64,000 nt of DNA from a bacterium (lineage in GTDB: Bacteria > Patescibacteriota > Saccharimonadia > Saccharimonadales > UBA4665). The stretch covers positions 12,178 through 76,177 of the forward strand of contig JAJXTN010000004.1 of NCBI GenBank assembly GCA_021783725.1, read 5' to 3'. The position numbers were made by a program, and so were the translations under genes. The notes under the pieces are model-generated. The model was not told the origin of the DNA and made no database searches. It was given only the letters and a program-made list of their open reading frames with translations. Of the stretch, positions 56,227-64,000 are shown piece by piece (the stretch's first letter is position 1; every line of letters starts with the position of its first letter).

Positions 56227-56706
56227 ATGGCGCGACGTAATCGCGATGACGATTTATTACTCGAAGAAGACGAACTAACTGCGGCTTTTTTGGGTGATGA
56301 TGATCTGAGTATGGCTACACAGGCCGGTGAGCCAACAGCTACACCAGCCGTTGAAGATGAGTGGGACGAGGACGAAAGCGTACCTGGACAGCTCGCTGTT
56401 GATGTATTCGAGACTCGTGAAAAACTAGTCGTTAAGGCCCGCACCGCTGGTGTCAACAAGAGTGATTTGGATGTCAGTATTTCTGATAACCAATTAACGA
56501 TTCGCGGCACTTTGAGTAGTGGCACCGAAGACGGTGTCGAGAACTACTTCCTGCAAGAATGTTACTGGGGTGAATTCTCACGAACTATCGCTTTGCCAGT
56601 ACCAGTCAAGGAAGAAGAGATTGAGGCCGTCCTTAAAGATGGTGTGTTAACCATAAGCTTTGGTAAGCTCCAACAAGATACCATCAAGAAGATTCAAGTC
56701 TTGTAG
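56227..56706 (+). CDS. Hsp20/alpha-crystallin small heat-shock protein
   Basis: LAVDVFET, GVNKSDLDV, ECYWGEFSRTIALP, AVLKDGVLTI; SD GGAGG. Confidence 0.93.
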   Translation: MARRNRDDDLLLEEDELTAAFLGDDDLSMATQAGEPTATPAVEDEWDEDESVPGQLAVDVFETREKLVVKARTAGVNKSDLDVSISDNQLTIRGTLSSGTEDGVENYFLQECYWGEFSRTIALPVPVKEEEIEAVLKDGVLTISFGKLQQDTIKKIQVL

Positions 56707-56722
56707 ACGACAAATCTAACCA

Positions 56723-56760
56723 AATAAAATACCCCCTCGATTTTGAGGGGGTATTTTATT
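56723..56760. terminator. Bidirectional intrinsic terminator (Hsp20 / pilin array)
   Basis: AATAAAATACCCCCTC-gatttt-GAGGGGGTATTTTATT, 16-bp perfect arms. Confidence 0.9.
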
Positions 56761-56774
56761 GGCGAAGAATATAT

Positions 56775-57203
56775 CTAAGCCGTTAAGCCAGTGTTGCTAG
56801 CTGTAGTCAACACGAAGTGAACGATGAATTGAGCTAGAGCGACAATCAATAGTCCAATGATCGCGTAGATCAAAGTATTCTTGGCGCCAGACACGTGTCC
56901 GCTGTCACCACCGGAAGTAATATATTTGAATCCGCCCCAGATAACCATAATAACGGCCACGATACCGACAATGATTGAGAACACATTAACGATCTGTGAT
57001 GCAATGTGCGCAAATGAACCATTAGCTGTTGTGGTCGTACAGCCTGAAGAACTACCCCCCGTAGCCGTATTTGTGCCTGTACATAGACTAGTGTTGATAT
57101 TGTCCGCAACTGCTACACCAGCTAGGCCAGGCACCAAGCCCGGAGCCAAGAGGGATACGCTAGCGATGAGTACGAAAATTGATTTTTTAATTTTGCCGAT
57201 CAT
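56775..57203 (-). CDS. VirB2/TrbC-like T4SS pilin (6 of 6)
   Basis: Signal peptide, Cys pair, VGIVAVIMVIWGGFKYITSGGDSGHVSGAKNTLIYAIIGL. Confidence 0.88.
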   Translation of the reverse strand: MIGKIKKSIFVLIASVSLLAPGLVPGLAGVAVADNINTSLCTGTNTATGGSSSGCTTTTANGSFAHIASQIVNVFSIIVGIVAVIMVIWGGFKYITSGGDSGHVSGAKNTLIYAIIGLLIVALAQFIVHFVLTTASNTGLTA

Positions 57204-57264
57204 TTTTACCTTTCTTTAGTATGTTTAACTTATATCATAGCACCCCGTTACAGGGCAAGTACAC

Positions 57265-57687
57265 TTAAACACCTTGGGCCGTAGTCAGAACAAAGTGGAC
57301 AATGAACTGAGCTAGGGAAGCAATGAACAAACCAATAATCGCATAGATTAAGGCATTTTTAGCTTTAGTGATTTTGCCACTGTCACCACCGGAAGTGATA
57401 TACAAGAAACCAGCATAAACTATCATGATGACCGCTACTACACCGACAGCGTAACTAATAATCTTGACTATCGATACGATTAAACTGTCGACACCAGAAG
57501 TGCTACAGCTAGCGCCAGTCTGATTAATGCCTCCTAACACCTGGCCTTGGGCGGTTGTATTCTGAATACAAGCAGGCCCTGGCGCTGGGGTTGTTGATGG
57601 TGCGGCATAGGCCGAGCCAGCCCCGATTATAAACGGCACGAAAATCATGGCTAGTGTCACGAACATTTTGGAAAATATTTTATTCAA
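57265..57687 (-). CDS. VirB2/TrbC-like T4SS pilin (5 of 6)
   Basis: VAVIMIVYAGFLYITSGGDSGKITKAKNALIYAIIGL; TTG start with SD AGGAG. Confidence 0.88.
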   Translation of the reverse strand: MNKIFSKMFVTLAMIFVPFIIGAGSAYAAPSTTPAPGPACIQNTTAQGQVLGGINQTGASCSTSGVDSLIVSIVKIISYAVGVVAVIMIVYAGFLYITSGGDSGKITKAKNALIYAIIGLFIASLAQFIVHFVLTTAQGV

Positions 57688-57701
57688 GTCTTTTACGTCT
57701 C

Positions 57702-58076
57702 CTATAATTTACTTACTACAAAATCGATAATAAAAGTACCGGCGATGATGATGACCAGCCCAATGGCGGCGTTAAAGATGGTATTCCGAGCTTTGGCTAC
57801 GCCAGCGCTATCGCCCCCCGAAGCCACCATTTTGAAACTGCCAATCAGTATAAAGATAACAGCCGCCGCGCCAGCCACGAAAGCCAACAGATTAGTAATC
57901 TTGGCAATAATGCCGTTACTGCCCAATATTGCCGTGTCGCCCTGTTGACTACAGACCGCCGAGCTGGCAGTAGTCGTGTCGCAGACAGGTGCAAAAGGGC
58001 TCCAGGCGAATACCGGTTGGGCTTGTCCAACTATAACGACCAAGAATGCGGCTAGAAGTATAAGTTTTTTCATCAT
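57702..58076 (-). CDS. VirB2/TrbC-like T4SS pilin (4 of 6)
   Basis: AAVIFILIGSFKMVASGGDSAGVAKARNTIFNAAIGL. Confidence 0.86.
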   Translation of the reverse strand: MMKKLILLAAFLVVIVGQAQPVFAWSPFAPVCDTTTASSAVCSQQGDTAILGSNGIIAKITNLLAFVAGAAAVIFILIGSFKMVASGGDSAGVAKARNTIFNAAIGLVIIIAGTFIIDFVVSKL

Positions 58077-58354
58077 TACAGTTTCCCCGCTACGAAAGCG
58101 ACTATGGCTTCAGCGAAGATCGCTACCGCCACTCCTACCAAAGCATAAAGTATACCCTCGCGAGCCTGGGCGGCTCTCTGAGGATCGCCATTAGAGGTTA
58201 TATATCTTAATCCGGAAAGAGTAATCATTAGTAAAGCAATCGCTCCCACCAAGCCAAAAACTACGGCTAAAACATTGGCAATAACCGAAGTTGAAGCACT
58301 AGCTTGAGGTAGGCAAGATAGATTGGCACAGCTGGCGGCAAATATTGTAATCAT
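58076..58354 (-). CDS. VirB2/TrbC-like T4SS pilin (3 of 6), no obvious signal peptide
   Basis: IALLMITLSGLRYITSNGDPQRAAQAREGILYALVG. Confidence 0.86.
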   Translation of the reverse strand: MITIFAASCANLSCLPQASASTSVIANVLAVVFGLVGAIALLMITLSGLRYITSNGDPQRAAQAREGILYALVGVAVAIFAEAIVAFVAGKL

Positions 58355-58355
58355 T

Positions 58356-58730
58356 TTAAGCTCCTAAAGTTGTTCCTAAGAATGTGACGACACCGATAGC
58401 TACTATAGCAATCGCCATGCCAATCAGGGCGTTAATCAATGTTTTTAGGGCTTTGGATGTCTGCTCCGGATTGCCCTGACTCGTCAAGTAGATGAAGCTA
58501 GCGTAAATAACATAAGCCACAGCCGCCATACCGGCAATTCTCAATAAATCGTCAATTAACGCCAGCAGTACCAAAGGTATATCACTACCCGAAGCGGCCG
58601 TCGGCATGATCTGAAAAGTATCCACATTACAAGTAGTTGGATTTAATTTTAGATATTGATACCACGGTATTAAACCAAAAAATGTTGGTTTACAGTTGGT
58701 GGCGGCAATAAGAGTGATGATATTAAACAT
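58356..58730 (-). CDS. VirB2/TrbC-like T4SS pilin (2 of 6) with FFGLIPWYQYL N-terminal motif
   Basis: AVAYVIYASFIYLTSQGNPEQTSKALKTLINALIG. Confidence 0.86.
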   Translation of the reverse strand: MFNIITLIAATNCKPTFFGLIPWYQYLKLNPTTCNVDTFQIMPTAASGSDIPLVLLALIDDLLRIAGMAAVAYVIYASFIYLTSQGNPEQTSKALKTLINALIGMAIAIVAIGVVTFLGTTLGA

Positions 58731-59222
58731 TTAGCCTCCAGAGTTTAAAAAGCCGCCAGGGATAATGAATTGGATGAAGGCGTACAAGAAAATATATGCC
58801 ACAATCGCGATGATAGTATTACGAATCCGAGCTTTGGCGGCCGACACTTTCTGTGGATCGCCAGCCGAAGCGGTATATTGGATACCAGCCATAATTAAGG
58901 AGATGACCGCTATCAAGGCTAGCAACACCGACAATAGATTAATCGCGGGTGTTAGATATGCCTTGACCAAGTTACAGCTGTTTTGCGTACAACCAGTAGA
59001 TGCCGGGTCAGCGACCGATTTACATAAATCACTGCCAGTACAGCTAGGGCAGGTACCCGAAGTCTGGGGGTCGCAGGCTGTAGTTTTGGAAGTTGCAGTC
59101 GTGGTTGTACTGCTGGTTGTGTTTGGTGATGTGGCTGCATAGATCAAACCAGTCGATGAAGACAACGCCAGTATCACCATAATCATGCTGTTGCTGATAA
59201 ATCTTCGTATAGTTTTCATCAT
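58731..59222 (-). CDS. VirB2/TrbC-like T4SS pilin (1 of 6) with Thr-rich, 6-Cys N-terminal region
   Basis: IAVISLIMAGIQYTASAGDPQKVSAAKARIRNTIIAI. Confidence 0.86.
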   Translation of the reverse strand: MMKTIRRFISNSMIMVILALSSSTGLIYAATSPNTTSSTTTTATSKTTACDPQTSGTCPSCTGSDLCKSVADPASTGCTQNSCNLVKAYLTPAINLLSVLLALIAVISLIMAGIQYTASAGDPQKVSAAKARIRNTIIAIVAYIFLYAFIQFIIPGGFLNSGG

Positions 59223-59423
59223 ATTAGACAGACCTAGTAACTTTAGTTATTAGAATTAACATAATTATAGCCGCCCAACGCCAACGATTTTCGTCCGGCC
59301 AATTTTAAACGATTTTTGTTATTTGTAATCTGTAACATTTGATTTGATTATACCCCTATAACATATTTGAGCAAATTTAATTTCTTTACGGTTTTGCTTT
59401 TAGAGATTACCATATATAGAATT

Positions 59424-62400
59424 ATGGTTGTGGGTAATAAGATAAAAATCCAACGCTACATAATTATTGCGTGCTTGCTAGTCTTTGGACTCGGCATTTT
59501 CGTGGCGTCCGTCCCACTGCCCGCCACTGCGGCCACAAACTTCAACTTCGTTGATTCTAATTTTAATCAAAGCACAATTATACCCGGCAACACTACTAGA
59601 TTTAAGTTCATTAATCCGTTCACGATTGTCGACATGGGCACACCAATCAACTGTCAAGCTAGTAACACCCCGACCAATGGCGCTAGCACTTGTGCTATTT
59701 ATTCCACTTCGGCCTCAAACTACATCGCTGACGACAAGAATGGAAGCGGTTTTTATTGGTATTGGCCGGGGGCTAACGGCGGCAGTGTTTTGGCTAGCCC
59801 TACCCATGGAGTATGTCAAGGCGCTTTAGTATTAGGTTTTAACGGCAGTACTGCCGCCACCCTTTATGCAGTACAGCCAACAACAGGTAATGGTGATACT
59901 AGTTGCATAGTTACCAATGGTAAAACCAGTCTCGATCCGACAAAAGTGACTGGACGCCAGCCATTTATAATCTCTGGTGCGGTTAGCGCTGGCAGGAACA
60001 CTTCTGGAACGAGCACAATCAACCCAGACACCATGGGAGCAATCAACAACGAAGGCGTGACCATTGGTAGCGATTGGGGTGTATTAAGGGCTATGGCGAC
60101 TTTCTTGAGCTGGAAAAGCCCTGACGAGCTTGATAGCATGTTTGGCCAAACACTAAGTCGTCTAGCGCCGTCAAAAGCTTATGACTATTTCGTCCAGCAC
60201 GCGCCAAGTCAATACACAGCCGGTTATAACCTATACACCAATACTGCCAATTTACCGGCCGGTTGTACTAAAACCGATGGTCAGACGGTTGCCGCTGTAG
60301 TGGCCGTATCTCCAAGCAATGTCACTCAAGGCACAATACTGCACTGGGATTCTGTCAAGAAAAAATACGATACTACATGGGATGGTAGCAAACAGACTTG
60401 TATCGCCGGGACCGATGGATCTAATGATATTGGCAGTAGCCCTAATATCGCCCTACCCGGTGGCAATAGTTCTGACTCTACTATCGGTTTAGCTGATGTC
60501 GCCAACTATACTGGCGCAGGCAACAGCCCAAACGCTACTGGCACTACTAGTGGTACTGCTGCCGGCTCGGGTACTGGCGCTCCCAGCCTGACTTGTAGTC
60601 CTGGAGCCAATCCGCTTGACTGGTTACTGTGTGCCGCCGTCCAAGGCATGGTCAACATCATCAACCCTTTAGCCAACCTGATATATAGCCAATTATCAGT
60701 CGGCACCTCTGGCAATACCGGCGCACCTGATCAGATATTTGGTAATGGCGCGTCGGCTAAAGATTATAAAAGTGCCTGGGATTCTTTTCGCAACATATCT
60801 CTAGCCTTAATGGTGATTGCCGCTTTGGTAGTGATCATCTCTCAAGCCGCCGGTTTTGAGATACTCGATGCTTACACTATCAGAAAAGTTTTGCCGAGAT
60901 TCCTGATCGTCGCCATATTGATCAATTTGTCTTGGCCACTAATGCAATTCTTCGTACAGCTAACTAATGATTTAGGCTACGGTATCCGCTGGTTGATTTA
61001 TAGTCCGTTCAGCGATCTAAAAGCCAGTTCGCTATCAGGTGGCGGCGACTTCGCGATAACTGTTGTAGCAGGTGGCGCCATCGTCGCGCTAGGAACTTTT
61101 GGTCTACTGAGCTTTGCAGTCACTGGCGCTCTATCCTTATTTGTGGCGTACATTACTCTAGTCTTACGACAAATACTTATCATCTTTTTGATTATTATCG
61201 CGCCGGTCGCCATCGTCGCCTACATTCTGCCCAACACCCAGAAATATTACAAAACTTGGTGGGAATCATTCAGTAAGGCCCTGCTGATGTTCCCGATCAT
61301 CGCCGGCATCATTGCCGCTGGTCATGCTTTTGCGGCAGTCGCCCTAAGCGGGCCCAACGGTGGTAGTGCCATCAATCAATTCATCGCTTTCGCCGCCTAC
61401 TTTGGACCGTACTTCATGATTCCGGCCACTTTCCGTTTCGCCGGTGCCGCTCTAGGCGCCGCCAGTGGCATGATCAACAAACAAGCTCAAGGTGGCTTCA
61501 AAGGCCTCCAAGGCTATCGCAAAAGTCGAGCCAAAGGCAACTGGGAGAAAACTCAATCTGGCAAACGCTTCAAGGGAGGCAATGACGAGAACTTCCGTGG
61601 TCGCATAAACAAAGGCCTGCAAGTTGGTTCGACGATCAATAATGCTGGGGTCGATCCTCGTCGATGGCGGTCTAGAATGCGTGAATCTATCGAACGAGAT
61701 TCTGAGCAACAACGCGACCACATGATGGAAGACAAGGATTACACTTGGAAGGGCGACGACGGACTCAACAAGGCCGCTTCGGCTTCAACCGACAGAAATG
61801 ATCTCAGGCGCCGACTTATGGCCATACCTGACCGATATACTGGTGCTAATGATCCAAACATTGACCGTGATGTTGAAAGAGTCGAGAAACTACGTGAACG
61901 ATATGACCCAGCGGCTTTCAAGCAAGCTACTTTCTTGAGTGCAGTAGCTGGTGGTACAGCCTATACCAAATCAGAAATATGGAAAGCCGCCGCTGATGTT
62001 GCCGGCGACGACAATGGTCTAATGGCAACTCTTGTGGCTAAAGGTCGTAGCGCGGCCATGAGTGCTGGTAGGGCTGACCAAGGCGGTGCCAGCTTTGGTG
62101 AAACATACGCAATTGCCGACAACTATCGAAGAGGTGCTTACGCCGACGTCGACGCCGAAGGCAGGAGCGCAACCGCCGATCTTGAGCTGGCTGGAAAAGC
62201 CCTCGATTCTCAAGGCGCTGGAGTCTTGGCCCACGCCAGCATGAAAACCAGTTCGGTTGAAAGTCTGGTGCCCGTCCTTCAACAAAGAGTTAGGGATGCG
62301 GTAGCGAGTGGTGATCAGGATGAAATTGATAGACAGCTGGCTACTGTCGCTAACCTATACGACACTATGTCAGCTTCGTCTCCCAAGAATGCCAAAGTAT

Positions 62401-62624
62401 TGGCTGATCAAGTATTGCTCTACTCAGTACCGGGTGCTCCGGGTGCAAACGGGGCGGTAACTGTCCAACAACGTGTAGAAGCAAGCAGAATCAACCCTAT
62501 GTTCCAAACTACGAGAAGAGAACTAGGGTTAGGACAATTACCGCCGGGACAAACAGGTCCTGCTGTGCCCGGAGGCCCCGGTCCTATACCAGGAGCGCCG
62601 ACTCAACCCGGTATACGTCCTTAA
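59424..62624 (+). CDS. Large VirB6/TrbL-like T4SS membrane protein with extended extracellular N-terminal domain
   Basis: WDSFRNISLAL, LPRFLIVAILINLSW, LRQILIIFLIIIAPVAIVAYILPNTQKYYKTW multi-TM core; divergent from the pilins, upstream of a PrgI-like gene; track start 59367. Confidence 0.78.
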   Translation: MVVGNKIKIQRYIIIACLLVFGLGIFVASVPLPATAATNFNFVDSNFNQSTIIPGNTTRFKFINPFTIVDMGTPINCQASNTPTNGASTCAIYSTSASNYIADDKNGSGFYWYWPGANGGSVLASPTHGVCQGALVLGFNGSTAATLYAVQPTTGNGDTSCIVTNGKTSLDPTKVTGRQPFIISGAVSAGRNTSGTSTINPDTMGAINNEGVTIGSDWGVLRAMATFLSWKSPDELDSMFGQTLSRLAPSKAYDYFVQHAPSQYTAGYNLYTNTANLPAGCTKTDGQTVAAVVAVSPSNVTQGTILHWDSVKKKYDTTWDGSKQTCIAGTDGSNDIGSSPNIALPGGNSSDSTIGLADVANYTGAGNSPNATGTTSGTAAGSGTGAPSLTCSPGANPLDWLLCAAVQGMVNIINPLANLIYSQLSVGTSGNTGAPDQIFGNGASAKDYKSAWDSFRNISLALMVIAALVVIISQAAGFEILDAYTIRKVLPRFLIVAILINLSWPLMQFFVQLTNDLGYGIRWLIYSPFSDLKASSLSGGGDFAITVVAGGAIVALGTFGLLSFAVTGALSLFVAYITLVLRQILIIFLIIIAPVAIVAYILPNTQKYYKTWWESFSKALLMFPIIAGIIAAGHAFAAVALSGPNGGSAINQFIAFAAYFGPYFMIPATFRFAGAALGAASGMINKQAQGGFKGLQGYRKSRAKGNWEKTQSGKRFKGGNDENFRGRINKGLQVGSTINNAGVDPRRWRSRMRESIERDSEQQRDHMMEDKDYTWKGDDGLNKAASASTDRNDLRRRLMAIPDRYTGANDPNIDRDVERVEKLRERYDPAAFKQATFLSAVAGGTAYTKSEIWKAAADVAGDDNGLMATLVAKGRSAAMSAGRADQGGASFGETYAIADNYRRGAYADVDAEGRSATADLELAGKALDSQGAGVLAHASMKTSSVESLVPVLQQRVRDAVASGDQDEIDRQLATVANLYDTMSASSPKNAKVLADQVLLYSVPGAPGANGAVTVQQRVEASRINPMFQTTRRELGLGQLPPGQTGPAVPGGPGPIPGAPTQPGIRP

Positions 62625-62690
62625 TGCAAAACCTGCTGAGTCCGATATGGTTCATTAGTTTAATGTGAATTTTGATATACTTAAGCGGTA

Positions 62691-63791
62691 ATGGCAACAT
62701 ACAAAGTACTGCAAGATATTGAGGCGGAAGACAAGATTCTGGGACCGCTGTCGTTAAGACAGTTCATTTTCGGTCTAATATCGGTCTTCCTGTTATATAT
62801 TAGTTTTCTACTGGTCGGCAAGGGCGTCGGCTTTTTGCTGATAATCACTTTGCCGCCAGCATTATTCACTGGTTTTTTCGCTTTTCCATTTGGCCGTGAT
62901 CAGCCGACCGAAATCTGGGCGCTAGCCAAAATCCGTTTCTATTTCAAGCCCCGCAAACGTCTGTGGGACCAGAGTGGCGTCAAGGAATTAGTGACGATTA
63001 CCGTCCCGAAGAAAATTGAACGGGTACTGACTAACGGTTTATCAGCCAACGAAGTCCAGAGTCGCTTGAGCGCTCTTGCTACCACCATCGACAGTCGTGG
63101 CTGGGCGGTCAAAAACGTTAACGTCAACCTGTATAGCCAGCCAGGCTTAATCGATAGCGTTGAGTCTGACCGACTGATTGACATTAACTCAATTCCTCAA
63201 GAAGTACCGAATTATGATGTTCAAGCTTCTGACGATATACTCGACGAAAACAATAATCCGATTGCGCAACAATTCCAGAGCATGATAAATGCTTCGACCC
63301 AAACGCACCGTCGGCAATTAGTCGACGAGCTGAATAATATTCGAGCCCAACAAGCTCCAACCACCGCGCCACCCAACGACTATTGGTTCATGAATCAACC
63401 GACTCCACCACCCAACCTGCCAGCCGATAAAGCGATGTTCGGTAGTGACCCGGTTGTTCAACCAGGTGCGCCGGTGGGTGACTCATCGGTCGCCCCAACA
63501 GCCGACGAGCAGGCTATTGTTGAACGGTCAAAAGCCCAACATGCCACTCAAAATCAGTCTTACGCCCATCTGCGAACCATTCAACCACTAGGTACGCCTG
63601 CGGTGGCTCAAACTCCAGCACCAACAGATTACGTTCCGGCGCCAACCACCATGACACCACCGCCAGACCCTGCTATACTATCCTTGGCAAACAACGACGA
63701 TTTGAATGTGGCTACTTTAGCCCGCGAAGCCTATAAAGCCAAGAATCCAGATAGGCCTCCCGAGGATGAAGTTGTTATTTCACTCCGCTAA
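62691..63791 (+). CDS. PrgI-family (VirB3-like) T4SS protein with long Pro-rich tail
   Basis: MATYKVLQDIEAEDKILGPLSLRQF, 2 TMs, DQPTEIW...FKPRKRLW. Confidence 0.85.
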   Translation: MATYKVLQDIEAEDKILGPLSLRQFIFGLISVFLLYISFLLVGKGVGFLLIITLPPALFTGFFAFPFGRDQPTEIWALAKIRFYFKPRKRLWDQSGVKELVTITVPKKIERVLTNGLSANEVQSRLSALATTIDSRGWAVKNVNVNLYSQPGLIDSVESDRLIDINSIPQEVPNYDVQASDDILDENNNPIAQQFQSMINASTQTHRRQLVDELNNIRAQQAPTTAPPNDYWFMNQPTPPPNLPADKAMFGSDPVVQPGAPVGDSSVAPTADEQAIVERSKAQHATQNQSYAHLRTIQPLGTPAVAQTPAPTDYVPAPTTMTPPPDPAILSLANNDDLNVATLAREAYKAKNPDRPPEDEVVISLR

Positions 63792-63841
63792 AGCTATGCG
63801 CATCAAACAAACGTTGTCAAATATAGGTGGGCTAAAAACAT

Positions 63842-64000
63842 ATGAATCCCTCGGTAAATAATCCAAATCCAGCACAGGGTCCGGCGGCCATGCCTTTCGT
63901 GACACCCCAATTTCCGATACCTCCGACTCCTCCCGCACCAACCCCATCACCTATGCCACAAGTAGGTGGTCAGCCTGCCGTTACACCGCCTAGAACCAAC
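63842..64000 (+). CDS. Pro-rich N-terminus of the next gene of the T4SS-like locus (partial)
   Basis: MNPSVNNPNPAQGPAAMPFVTPQFPIPPTPPAP... open to the window end. Confidence 0.6.
   Translation, partial: MNPSVNNPNPAQGPAAMPFVTPQFPIPPTPPAPTPSPMPQVGGQPAVTPPRTN

Noticed and set aside
1..64000. Alternative genetic code (UGA=Gly, as in Gracilibacteria/SR1)
   Set aside because: Conserved genes are uninterrupted under code 11, and TGA terminates genes such as mgtA, gtrA and the ABC ATPase.
59367..64000. Conjugative ICE or plasmid insertion
   Set aside because: No relaxase, integrase or att boundary seen; the arrangement matches the chromosomal T4SS-like locus of Saccharibacteria. The region beyond the window cannot be assessed.

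Overview
Core chromosomal segment of a Patescibacteria (CPR) bacterium, most likely Saccharibacteria (TM7). This assignment is inferred from gene content and order and from the tandem VirB2-like pilin array beside VirB6/PrgI-like genes. Standard code 11 fits (TGA is used as stop). About 60 CDS: housekeeping genes (pnp partial, rpsO, truB, rpsT, holA, mutM, polA, rpoD, dnaG, orn, msrB, mscL, argS, PGI/PMI, groL/groS with a CIRCE box, murE, tsaD, valS, mgtA, comF, Hsp20) and four intact tRNAs (Arg-GCG, Ser-CGA, Ser-GCT, Ser-TGA). A ~10 kb accessory block between convergent tRNA-Ser genes holds a prepilin-like protein with a GtrA/GT2/TMTC-like GT-C glycosylation cassette. The start of the Patescibacteria T4SS-like locus is at the right end. 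Unexplained structure seen directly: (1) small GTCAT...ATGAC palindromic elements and 7/8-mer tandem arrays occur between genes and also in-frame inside three tRNA-acting enzymes (TruB twice, ArgS, TsaD), recalling Rickettsia/Wolbachia palindromic elements; (2) partial tRNA copies are split at the T-loop or anticodon loop by palindromic inserts; (3) many genes have leaderless architecture (TANNNT 6-9 nt before ATG); (4) a putative pilin O-glycosylation cassette. No CRISPR, rRNA, integrase or transposase was recognised. All functional calls come from reading motifs by eye, not from database searches.
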